64,000 nucleotides of DNA, taken from Squalus acanthias (lineage: Eukaryota). Positions 1 to 11,880 of this stretch are shown here, piece after piece. Within the stretch, counting starts at the first letter, position 1, and every line of letters starts with the position of its first letter. Under the pieces are notes generated by a model that was given only the letters and a program-made list of their open reading frames with translations, had not been told where the DNA came from and made no database searches. The stretch lies in NCBI GenBank assembly GCA_030390025.1, contig CM059432.1, positions 48,610,001-48,674,000 on the forward strand, given 5' to 3'. Both the position numbers and the translations under genes were made by a program.

Positions 1-841
1 CCTTGCTGCTTCTTTCCTCCTCCTGCTCGTGGCTTGTGGCTTGTGGTGTCTTGCTGGAACCTGCTGCAACTCACTTTCTTGGGGGATTAGGCCCCCAATT
101 ATACTGTTCAGGCCCTTTGTCTTTTTCGCGCCCAAAACCCCTTTACTAAATCGGTTTTGTGTTGGAGTGATTTAGGTTTCAGCTGAGGTCTGTTCATTCC
201 ATTGTCTTAGGTTTTGGCGGGCTTGTTAAGTTTTGATGACTTTAACTTGGTGTTAAATTGTCCTGATGGCTTCCGATGTCTCCCATTTAGGCAGGGCCTT
301 TATCTACGCGCCAAATCTTGTCCCTTTTATCTTAGGTTTTTGGCGGGCTTGTTAATCTGTCCCTGTAGATACTTGGCTGATTGGTTTTTGATGAAGTAAT
401 GGGTGTACTAGATGTTTTATTGTTTTCAGGCTTCTGGCATCCTGTTTGGGCCTGGGAATTTCAAAAGGGGTCTTGGATTATTCATATTTGGATGTGTATG
501 TGAGGTTTTGGGTTTGTCTCTTCCTCCTTGGTTGGATTGCAGTGCAAACAATTCCCAGACAGCTTGACTGGGCCCCAATACCCAAAGCTGTCCACTGCCT
601 TGCCATACCTCTCCGCAGCCTGTCTTGTGTCTGTGAAAGGTGTCTTTCCCAACAGTAAGATCCAAAAGTCATTTTCCTCAGGGTTTTTCTTCCCTGATCT
701 TTAAAATGTCCAAAACTGAGGGTTTTTTTTTACCTCAAATCACTTCACTTAGGTCCCAACGTCCCAAATTTGTATGAAAAATCCAAAAATCACCCCCTTT
801 AGGGTTCTGTTCGAGTTTCTGGGGGATTTTGCGAAGCCTAC

Positions 842-1075
842 AGGCCCTTCAAGCCTGCTCCACTATTCAATAAAATCATGGCTGATCTTTGAACTCAACT
901 CCACTTTCCCGCCCGATCCCCATATCCCTGATTCCTAGAGTCAATAAATCTATCTATCTCAGCCTTGAATAAACTCAATGACTCAGCATCCACAGCCCTT
1001 TCGGGTAGAGAATTCCAAAGATTCACAACCCTCAGAGTGAAGAAATTCCTCCTCATCTCGGCCTTAAATGGCCGA
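842..1075 (-). mobile_element. CR1 LINE 3' fragment
   Basis: Minus strand encodes the CR1 ORF2 C-terminal motif (EMRRNFFTLRVVNLWNSLP) followed by the 3'UTR shared with other CR1 copies in the window. Confidence 0.85.
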
Positions 1076-1337
1076 CAGTGAGAGTTAGAAACAATACAGA
1101 GTCAGGTAGGATCATAGAAAATACAGAGGTCTAAGTTAGGTTTGGAGTTCTTAGTAATTAGGTATCCAAAATATATGTGACTATGCGAATAATACTGTAC
1201 TTAGATGATTGTATTAGAACTTAAGACAAAAAGCCTCTTCAGACTGTTGTTAGAATAATTGGATAGATGCTTAGAATTTGCTTATGTTCTTGGTTCCCTG
1301 TGGATGTTATAACATTCTGCACCGTGGCGGTGAACTT

Positions 1338-2105
1338 GGGCTGGATTTTATCAATGGGGACGCGTTGGGGGCGGAACTGCTGGTTGTCGGGTTTCAGTCC
1401 AGCCCCCAACGACGTCCTGCCAACCCACGCTATTTTCCCTTGATTGACCTTGTTAAGCCTGCCCTGCGGACTTAGCAGGCCAATTAAGGGAAAGCTGGTG
1501 ACAGAGGACGTCAGCGTATGACGTTTCATCTGTCAAAAATTTTGTTGTCTCACCAAACCTCTTTCCTCAGCAGAAATCAGATGGCTGCTGCATCAGAGAA
1601 TGCAGCAGCCATTCTGTCATCTCTGCCGTGGAGATGAGGAGCCTCCGGATCCCCATGGGTTGAAGCCTGCAGGAAGAAGCAAAGGTAAGTAAACTTTTTC
1701 TAACACTTTTCACTCACCTCCCATACTTACCTCTCCACACTTGCACCCATCACTCACCTCCACAGTGGACTTTTCGACCCCTCTCACCCCCGCAGACCCA
1801 CTGCTCGCCTCGCTGACCCTGGCGAGGTTCGCAGCCATCGGGAAGCCCGCACTCGTGTAGGTAAAATGGGGATAAGCTGCAAAACTGCCTGTTAACTACC
1901 TGTTAACAGACAGTTAATTGGCTGTAATCCCCTTCCCGCCTCGAGGAGACGGGTCCCAGCAGCGAGTCGGGGACCCGCCTCCCGGGAAGATGGCATGGAG
2001 GCGGGTTGGGAGCGGGTTTGATATCCGCTCCCAGTTTCTGCCATTTTCCCAGCAGTCCATACCCGCCTCCATACCCGCCTCCCCAGGGCTGGCAAAATTC
2101 CCCCC
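1338..2105. mobile_element. Non-autonomous Harbinger-type MITE, family A, copy 1
   Basis: Termini GGGCTGGATTTT...AAAATTCCCCCC; 3-bp TSD CTT (1335-1337/2106-2108); colinear with 13947-14774. Confidence 0.85.
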
Positions 2106-2879
2106 CTTGTTTCCAGACTAGCTGTCTGCTGTGTGTGTGCTAGAAAGGTTGTTGACTGTATCTTTGATTTGGCCAACCGAGGCCCAACGCCTATGTTTCT
2201 TCCATTATTTCTAATAACCATATTATAATGCTAAGTTAGGATTTTGACTTTGTTTAACAAAGCTGCTTTAAAATGCATAAGTTAATTAAGTATAACGACA
2301 TAGAATAGAAGATATCTTTGGGAATTTAATTATTCATTCCATGGTACAATAGTTGCATGAACAGCATGAACATAAATAACTGATAACAAGCAGTTACGAA
2401 CATCTGATGGCCGAGAATGGCATGTCTGACTCCAAACTAGGGAGGATAGGGACAAGGGAGATAAGAGAAATTCCGATGGGTAGGCCTTCAAAACAAATAA
2501 ACAATAAAGCATGTCTAATGATTGTGAAGACCCCTCTGGAGGGAGGATCTTCATCTCGAAGTTGAGACAAAGAACTCGACGTGCCATTGGGCACCTTGGT
2601 TTAGGAAGAACCCTTGCAGGTCAGATAGCCCTGTCCATATCCTACTTTAGGCCCACCCCTAAAAAGAGAATAAAAGAAAGACCTAGGGAGCTTTTTCACA
2701 GAGATGGTAAAGGGGTCTGGTACTAGCTGCTTGTCACGGTCGTATGTTTTTGCTGTATAACTATTGTGTTATATTCCATCTTAAACTCTGATTAAACACA
2801 ATATTCCCACAATATTGGTTTGCAGTCGATCTTGATTATTTGAAAGACTAGAGATAAGCTAATATCAACAAATTGGCTA

Positions 2880-4215
2880 ATCTAACAGAGTGCATGTGTG
2901 TAAATGCACAAAGTGTGGTTAATAAGGTTGGTGAGCTGAAGGTGCAAATAGCCACGTGGGAATATGATGCAGTGGTTATAACTGAGACCTGGCTCATAAA
3001 AGGAGAGGATTGGATGCTTAATATTCCTGGGTTCAAGGTATTCAGGAAAGATAGGGAAGGAAAAAAAGGAAGGGTATCAGTTTTGATTAAGGAAAATATC
3101 ACAGTACTAGAAAGAGTAAATGTCCTTGAGGGATCAATGACAGAATCTACTTAGTTGGAGTTGAGAAACAATAGAGGAGCTTTTACGCTATTTGGTGTAT
3201 TTTATAGGCTACCGAATAATGAGAAGGTGATGCAGGAGCAGATTTGCAAGGAAATTACAGAGTGGTGCATGAGCTATAAAGTAGTGATAATGGGAGACTT
3301 TAACTACCCCAATATTGAATGGGGCAGTGATTGTGTTAAAGGCAGAGAAGGGGAAGAATTTCTGAAGTGTGTTGAGGAGAATTTTCTTGATCAGTATGTT
3401 TCCTGCCCAACGAGGAAGGAGGCATTGCTGGATCTAGTCCTAGGGAATAAAGTGGGTCAAGTGGAGATTGTCACAGTGGGGGAGCATCTCGGGAATAGTG
3501 ATCATAATATCGTAACGTTTAGATTAGTTATGGAGAAGGACAAGGAGTAATCTAGACTAAAAATACTTAACTGGAGGAGGGCTAATTTCAGCCAATTGAG
3601 GAAGGATCTGGCCCGGGTAAATTGGAGGCAAAGACTGGCAGGCAGAAATATAATGGAGCAATGGCAGCCTTTAAAGAGGAGATGGTTTGGGTATAGACTA
3701 AGTACATTCCCACAAGGAGGAAAGGGAGGGCAACCAAAGTCAGAGCTCCGTGAATGACGAAAGAGTTAGAGAGTAGGATGAAGCTGAAAAAGAGGGTGTA
3801 GGACAGATGTCAGCATGATAATACAAGGGAGAATCAGGCTGAATTTAAAAAGTACAGAGGAGAAGCGGAAAAAGGAATAAAAGGGGCAAAGAGACAGTAT
3901 GAGATTAGATTGGCGGCTAACATAAAAGGGAATCCAAAGGTCTTCAATAGGCATATTAACAGTAAATGGGTTGTCAGAGGAGCGGTGGGGCTGACTAGAG
4001 ATCAAAATGGAGATCTATTGGTAGAGGCAGAAGGCATGACTGAGGTACTAAATGAATACTTTGCATTCGTTTTTACCAAGGAAGAGCATTTGGCAAAGCT
4101 ACAGAAAACGAGGAGGGTGTTGGGATACTGGATGAGATAAAAATAGATAAAGAGGAGATGCTAGAAAGGCTGGCAGTACTTAAAGTGGATACGTCACCCG
4201 GTCTGGATGGGATGC
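2880..4215 (+). mobile_element. CR1 LINE ORF2 remnant (AP endonuclease plus linker), with stops and frameshifts
   Basis: Motifs NAQSVVNK, ITETW, YRLPN, MGDFNYP, LLDLVL, NSDHN, ending at SPGLDG. Confidence 0.9.
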
Positions 4216-4778
4216 TGTAGGAATTATTTATGACTTTCACACCTCCCACATTAGGGCTGCGATTTTGCCGGTGTTCAGAGGGCGGGTTTGGAGGCGGGTC
4301 AGGAGTTAAATCCAAGATGATTGACGGCGGGTTGCGAACCCGCCTCCACACGACTTTCCAAGGTGTCATGTCTGCGACTCCTGATCAGACCCGACACCAA
4401 GCGGTGGGAGAGGCAGTTAAGGTAGTTAATGTTAACTACCTGTTTAATCCTATTTTGAGAGGGCTTTTCAATTTTGCAACATTTTCAGCGTGTTCCACGG
4501 CGTTCCAGGAACACGCCAGCTGATTGTGTCTGGTGTTCCAACAAGCTGAATAGTTCACAGCTGCAAGTGCAGCATTAAAGCTAACCTGCCACATCAGTTG
4601 AATTTCAAAAGCCAGAACTTTCTGATTGCAGGATGTTGAAGACATTTTTCAGGTGTTTTGAAGTTGTAAGTGTGTGTTGTGAGATCTATATACACTGTGA
4701 GCTCCTTGGAATAACCTCTCTCCACTTTGACTGAGCACTTATAATCTTTCATCATCAAGTGACATTTTCACCAGCATA

Positions 4779-6002
4779 TTGGAAACCATTTATACTCTCT
4801 CATCATGGTCCTCAGATTCGGAGGACGAGCTGCCGTGGCTGCAGCAGAACCAGGCACACCAGCAGCACCGACAACAAGAGCGCCAACCTTCTCCTGAGCC
4901 ACCTGATGCTGCACAGGGCAGAGGCTGTCAGCGCAGGGCTGCACAGCGCCGCAGGAGATACCCCCAACACAGGGTTTACAGGCAGAGGATGAGCTTCCTC
5001 AACATGACTGAGCAGCAGTGCCAAAGAAGGCTGAGACTTTAGCAAGAGGTGGTCGCTGACATCTGCACAATGTTGCACCAAGACCTGCAGTCCAGAGGAG
5101 CGGGTGGTCACTCCTTACCAGTGGCTGTCAAAGTCACCACTGCACTCAACTTCTTTGCATCAGGGTCCTTCCAGGGATCATCTGCAGACATCAGCAGCAT
5201 CTCCCAGTCGGCCGCACACAGATGCATAATGCAGGTTACCGATGCCCTGTTTGGCAAGTCGGCTAATTACATCCCCTTCTCCACGGATGAAGCAAGTGTA
5301 ACCGCATGGGCGGTTGGGTTTGCCAATATGGCAGGCTTCCCAAGGGTGCAGGGTGTCATCGACTGCACACATGTGGCCATCAGGGCACCCCATCACAACC
5401 CAGCTGTATTTGTGAACCGCAAGGGCTTCCACTCCCTTAACGTGCAGCTGGTGTGTAACCACAGGAAGAACATTATGCATGTGTGCGCAAAGTTCCCTGG
5501 CAGCTGCCATGACTCGTACATCCTGCGGCAGTCCACTGTGCCTCAGCTCTTCAATCCAGCAACCCAACTTTCTGGATGGCTACTTGGAGACAAGGGCTAT
5601 CACCTGAAGACGTGACTAATGGGGAGGCTATCAAACGAAGCTGAGGAGCGCTACAATGAGAGCCACATTTCCACCAGAAGCATCATAGAGCAAACCATAG
5701 GATTGCTCAAAATGCACTTCAGATGCCTGGACAGATCTGGTGGAGCCCTACAGTATTCACCAGCCAGGGTGTCCAGAATCATCGTGGTCTGCTGTGCCCT
5801 GCACAACATCGCACAACAGCGTGGCTTACCGCTGTCTGAGGAACAAGTGGCTCAGTGGCCAACCTCCTCAGAGGAGGAAGAGCTGAAGGAGGCTGCAGAT
5901 GATGAACACCTGGCGGAGGTGGCTGTCCCAGTGCTACCAGCATGTGACCTCATTGCTGGCCGTCAGGCAAGGGATGGACTAATCCATGCCAGATTCGCAT
6001 AA
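4779..6002 (+). pseudogene. Harbinger DDE transposase (HARBI1-like), two in-frame stops
   Basis: [57 protein letters not shown] in one frame; stops at 5040-5042 and 5613-5615. Confidence 0.93.
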
Positions 6003-6288
6003 CTTTACGCTGTACATACATGTGGCTGGCACATGCACATGAGGGTTGGCAGGATCTCCATTCCACACAATACAGCATCTGAACAATGAACTATTCATTC
6101 CTATCACTCTCCCCACCATCACTGCAGATGAAAGGCACCCTCACCCCTCACTGTGACAATTCCAATTCTGAGCACACATAGGGCAATGCATTGAATCATT
6201 CACATCGCATAACTTTAATACACTAGAAATAAACATCACAAACGTAAATTGGTATACTATGAAATCACCCAAGTGTCTACCCTTGTGA

Positions 6289-8133
6289 CTATTTGTGCTT
6301 TAGCTTTCTCTTATGTGTGCTTCTACGTGGTGCTTCCCCTGTGGCTTCAGCAGATGTAGAGGCAGTGTGCTCACTTCACTGCTGTGCCTGCCTAGACGCC
6401 TTTGGCAGTCATCCTCTGGGTTTGGAAGCCTTGGAGGGCTCCACAACAGTCTGCTCCTCCTGCGTGCAGTTGAGTGAGGCATCTGGGGCTTTGACCAAGG
6501 GCTCCACAGTGGCATGGGAGTGTGAGCGCTTGGAGAGGAGCCCTCACTTCCTTGTTGTCGACCACCACCATCCCTCTCATGGGTCACCCACACTTCACTG
6601 CTAGCAAGTAGCTGGAGAGCACCTTGCTGCACATCAGTGGGGCCATGAGGACCCATTTCTGTGCTGACATTCCTCATAACAAGGACGTCCATGAACCTCT
6701 GTTTTCGCTCCTTAATAGATGCCTATCTATCCACCATAGATGATCATCTATTTAGAAGTGTTACCATGTTCTCCTGAGTCTGGCGATTTATGTCTTCCAT
6801 GGAGGTTGCCATCCTTTCCACGGCATTGCTCATGTTTAACATGGACTCCCTCATTCTCTGCACACTTGCAGTTACCATGGTTGCAAACCCAGTCAGAGCC
6901 TCCTGCACTTGTTCCTGAAGCGCCAGCACCGCTCTCTTTCTGGATGGCCCCAGAGGCACAGCGTCTACATGCAGCTGAGCAGAGCTAGGAGCGCCTTGCG
7001 GCCTCCGATGAGGACTCTCCACTGCTGTCCCTGTCTCCACCATCTGCTCATGCTCACTTGTGAGATGTGATACACCAGGTGACAATGTACTCTATCTTGC
7101 AAACGACCCACCGAGGTGTGCGTTTCTGCGCTGGTGCTGGATGCGCTCGTTTCTGCTGACGCTGCTCCTTCAGAGGCTGCAGGTTCCTCTGAGGAGTCGT
7201 CCAGCTCTTCCTCCTGGACAGTGGGGAGGGGGGCTCTCGATGGTCCTGTGGGGGAGTAAAGGCATGAGTTAGACATGTTATATTTACGTAGCAGACACAT
7301 CCCATTGTGAAGATGATCATAACTATATTTCTATGAGCATCAGATGCCATATCAGTCACTCATGAAAACAAAATGATAGGGTTGCAAATCAATTCTGTCA
7401 CCAGCTTGCTGTACTGTGCCAGTCTCTCTGTCCCCTACTTCCAGCTCCTCTGCACCTCCCACGAGCTCCAGAGCTGCCTCCTCAGCATTTTTTATATGCA
7501 CCAGGGATGGTGGGCCTCCTCCTGTCCTCCCTCTCTCCCTCTTATTGTGGGCTCTCTTTTCCTGCAATGAGGGACACAAGTGGAGTTTCAGTGAGAATGA
7601 TGGAGTCAGTGTTAAAAATGGATAACATAGATGTTTAGAGGGAGACAAACATGGAGTGAGGTGGCAATACCAAGATCCCTCCCTGTGCGCTGTTAGTTAT
7701 TGTCATAACATAACAGTGAGATCGAGTGTGAGGGGTGCATAGTAGAATGGTGAAGTAATTCTGTACATAGAGAGGGATGGGTGAGGGTGCAAGGGATGTT
7801 AGGAGTAGGTTGGGATGTGCAGGACTAGGTTGCCAATGCAGAGTGATGGGGATGAGAAGAGATGGGAAGCAGACTGAAGATAAGAGTGATGTTATACTCA
7901 CTTTTGCTGAGCGCATCAGATCATTTTCTGCTCTGCACCCAGGTGCGTCTACACACAGACCGAGCACTTACGTCCTCAGCAATTTGCAGCCAGGCTGCCT
8001 TTGTGTGCTGAGGAGGCTTCCTCCGTCCATCGGATGGGAAGAGGAACTCCTTTCGTCCTCTTACTCCCTCCACAAGAGCACTGAGGGAGTCATCTTTGAA
8101 ACAGGGAGCAGCCTTGGACCGTTGAGCTGCCAT
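6289..8133 (-). pseudogene. Harbinger Myb/SANT-like DNA-binding gene, 3 exons (approx. 8133-7902, 7561-7402, 7245-6289), frameshifted
   Basis: AAPCFKDDSLSALV...AWLQIAEDVSARSVCRRTWVQ; EKRAHNKRERGRTGGG; GTGAGT and GTGACAG donors, TTGCAG and CACAG acceptors conserved in other copies. Confidence 0.8.
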
Positions 8134-8887
8134 TCCTGCAGCAACCAGCATTCAGAAGCAGAAGAAAGCAAGTGAAAAGCAAAGGGGACATGGCCCCCTT
8201 AAATATCCAGGCTCCTAGCGCGTCATCAAGCACGAGCAGCCGACCTGCACCCACCGATTGGGCCGGCTAGCGCGCACATCGGCCTTAATGAGGCCAATCT
8301 AGGGAAAATCTTTAATGGAGGGCGGGACCGGAATCCGCTGAAGACTGAACCCGCCACCATCCCGCCTCCAGGCAGAATATCCAGCCCCTATAGGTGTTAG
8401 AATGGAGTTCATAGACCCAAATCCACCTTTAACAGAAAACCACACAGATACACTATCTCCCAGGGATCTTTTATTTAACCATTAAGACACAGATTAAATA
8501 AGAACCCAACTTAACCTGTCCAGGAGTCTTCAGGTGCCCAGTGGTCAAACCGACGATCACTTGAAGTCTGTTGAAATCTTTAGATATCTTCTCTTCGTTA
8601 GATCAGGATGCATTTATCCTGGCCGACTGCAGTAAAAAACTAGGTATTGTGCCAGTTCTTATATTTTTTTGTGTTTAGACTTTCTCGAGGCTCTCATGTG
8701 TACACCTCAATGATTGGCTCATTCAAGCATGGCTTTTCCCCTTGTTGTTCATGGCTGGTTCAAAGTTCAGTTATGTTACTTCATCATGCATGTCACTTGT
8801 TGCATTTTAATGAGGGTCTTATCTCTGTCACAGCCTATGTTGTTAATCAAAGCCTACACGACCACTGTTACTTTGACAAATTGAGGT

Positions 8888-10855
8888 ACATAAGAACATA
8901 AGAAATATGAGCAGGAGTAGGCCATATGGCCCATCTAGCCTTTTCTGCCATTCAATAAGATCATGGCTGAACTTCTATATCAACTCCACTTTCCCGCCCG
9001 ATCCCCATATCTCTTGATTTCCTGAGTGCCCAAAAATCTATCAATCTGAGTCTTAAATATGTTCATCGACTGAGCATCCACAGCCCTCTGAGGCAGAGAA
9101 TTCCAAAGATTCACCACCCTCTGAGTGAAGAAATTTCTCTTCATCTCGGTCCTAAATGGACAACCACTTATTCTAAGACTATGACCCCTAGTTCTAGATT
9201 CTCCAGTGAGGGGAAACAGCCTCAGCACTCTGTCAAGCCCGCTAAGAATTTTATATGTTTCAATGAGATCACCTCTCATTCTTCTAAACTCCAGAGAACA
9301 TAGGCCCATTCTACTCAATCTCTCCTCGTAGGACAGCCCTCTCATCCCATGAATCAATCTACTGAACCTTCATTGCACCCCCTCTAAGGCAAGTATATCC
9401 TTCCTTGGATACGGAGACCATAACTGTACACAGTACTCCAGGTGTGGTCTCACCAAAGCCCTATATATTTGCAGCAAGACTTCCTTACTCTTATACTAGG
9501 GGGCATAATCTTAGAATAAGGGGCTGCTCTTTCAAAACTGAGATGAGGAGAAACTTCTTCACTCAGAGGGTAGTAGGTCTGTGGAATTTGCTGCCCCAGG
9601 AAGCCGTGGAAGCTACATCATTAAATAAATTTAAAACAGAAATAGACAGTTTCCTAGAAGTAAAGGGAATTAGGGGTTACGGGGAGCGGGCAGGAAATTG
9701 GACATGAGGCTGAGTTCGGATCGGTCAAGGCCCTGTGGGTGGCGGAGCGGGCCCAGGGGCTGAGTGGCCGGGTCCTGCTCCTACTTCTTGTGTTCTTTAG
9801 ATTTGAGGTTAGGATCAGATCAGCCATGATCTTATTGAATGGCGGAGCAGGCTCGAGGGGCCGATTGGCCTACTCCTGCTCCTATTTCTTATGTTCTTAT
9901 TTTCTTATACTCTAACCCCCTTGCAATAAAGACTAACATACCATTTGCCTTCCTAATTGCTTACTGTACCTGCATGTTAACTTTCTGTGATTTGTGTACA
10001 AGGACACCCAAATCCCTCTGAATACCAACATTTACTAGTCTATCACCGTTTAAAAAAATATACTGCTTTTCCATTCTTCCTACCAAAGTGGATAATTTCA
10101 CACTTCCCCACATAATACTCCATCTGCCACCTTCTTGCACAATCACTTAACCGGTTTATATCCCTTTGCAGTCTCTTTGTGTCCTCCTCACAGCTTACTT
10201 TCCTACCTAGCTTTGTATCATAAGCAAACTTGGATATATTACACTTGGTCCCTTCATCTAAGTCATTGATATAGATTGTAAATACCTGAGGCCCAAGCCC
10301 TGATCCTTGTGGCACCCCATTAGTTACACCCTGCCTTCCTGAAAATGACCCGTTTATTCCTACTCTCTGTTTTTTATCCATTAACCAATCCTTAATCTAT
10401 GCTAATATATTACCCGCAATCCCATGAGCCTTAATCTTGTGCGGCACCTTATCGAATGTCTTCTGAAAATCCAAATATACTACATCCACTGGTCCCCCTT
10501 TATCTAGCCTGCTAGTTATACCCTCAAAAAACTCTAATAAATTTGTCAAACACGATTTCCCTTTCATAACACTGTGTTGACTCTGCTTAATCATTTGTGA
10601 TTTTTTCCAAGTGCCCTGTTACAATGTCCTTAATAATAGATTCTAGCATTTCCCCTACTATTATGTCCGGCTAATTGGCCTTTCCTTCCCTGTTTTCTCT
10701 CTCCCTCCTTTCTTGAACAGCAGGGTTACATTTGCTATCTTCCAATCCATGGGGACTGTTCTAGAATCTAGGGAATTCTGGAAGATCAAAACCAATGCAT
10801 CCACTATCTCTGCAGCCACCTCTTTTAAAACCCTAGGGTGTAGGCCATCAGGTCC
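8888..10855 (-). mobile_element. CR1 LINE (RT to 3' tail), interrupted by a nested CR1
   Basis: KSCLTNLLEF, YLDFQKTFDKVPH, GVPQGS, FAYDTK, RNFFTQRVVNLWNSLP; short tail repeat at ~8888. Confidence 0.9.
9498..9900 (+). mobile_element. Nested CR1 3' fragment with tandemly duplicated 3'UTR
   Basis: RGHNLRI...MRRNFFTQRVV; flanked by probable TSD TCTTATACT; two 3'UTR copies. Confidence 0.85.
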
Positions 10856-10904
10856 AAGTGTAAGGTGGCAGCTGGAGTATAATGTAGGGAAATGTGAGGT
10901 TATT

Positions 10905-11880
10905 CACATTAAGTGAGTGGTAGTCTTTGCGGTTAAGGAATATCTCAGGATTGGTATGCATGTCCTCAAAGCCACGGGTGTGCAGTCGATGGCCTCCTAC
11001 ACCATGGAGAAGCCCGATATCCTGGCAAAGCCACATGCGCATTCCTCCTGCTTCTCTCTGTTTAGAGAGAAGACAATGAAGTCCCTTCTCCTGGATTACA
11101 GAGCCTCTGTGACCTCCTGGATGCAGTGATGGACGGCGAACAAGGAGATGTTAGCTATGTCTTTTGCTCCAGCCTAGAAGGATCTGGTGGCGAAAAAATT
11201 GAGGACCACAGTGACATTGAGGGCCACTGGAAGAGCTGTCGTCATCCTGCTCTGAGGCTGCAGGTCTGGTTCCAGGAGGTGGCAGAGTTCTGTGACCACC
11301 TCCTTGGTGAAGCAGAGCCTCCTAATACACTTCTCCTCGCTTTAGTGCAGGTAGGAGAAGTGCTCTCGGAAGAGCCTAGGTGGGTAAGACCTCCTGTTGC
11401 GAGCCCTCCTTCTGCTCCCTCTGTGGGCATCTTGTCCTCTTTTTCGCTGCCTCGTTCCATCTCCCTGTCATACTCCAGCGTGAATGGAGCAAGTGGTGTG
11501 AGCAGAACCCTTTAAATGAGAAGCAAGGCGTTTTCCACTTGCAGCACCACTCCCTGTCACCTTTAAATAACTGTAGAAAGCTTCAAACAGTTGCACAAAC
11601 TTACACAGAGCCAGTAAAAATCAAAAAGCAAGTCAGCTGGTCGTGATTAGGGAGGACGTTAAATGGACATCCAAAATGGCAACACATGCGTCAAATCATG
11701 ACATCACAATCTGCCTCATTTCCACTTCTGCAGCAAGCGCAGGCAACAACTGCGCTGCCGATCTGCCCAAAATGGGAGCTGCTGTGGGACCCGTCAGACG
11801 CATGTGGAAGCGAAGCGTCTGCCATTTTTTCTTCCAAACTGGCTTAACAGCTGGCGCTATCGGCTCCAATTTCGCAGCCT
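10905..11880 (-). mobile_element. Old Harbinger remnant (transposase N-terminal half and subterminal region)
   Basis: IFLNRKDYHSLNV and the preceding degenerate transposase sequence on the minus strand; truncated at the CR1. Confidence 0.7.

Larger units (their letters stand above)
4254..8387. mobile_element. PIF/Harbinger transposon 1, near full-length two-gene element
   Basis: Imperfect TIRs GGGCTGCGATTTTGCC / GGCAGAATATCCAGCCC; near-TSD TTA/CTA; convergent transposase and Myb-like genes. Confidence 0.9.

Noticed and set aside
750..780. LTR retroelement primer-binding site
   Set aside because: No convincing match to a tRNA 3' end and no gag or pol motifs found.
4779..6002. Domesticated host gene HARBI1
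   Set aside because: Multiple divergent disrupted copies within TIR/TSD-bounded elements with Myb partners indicate transposons.
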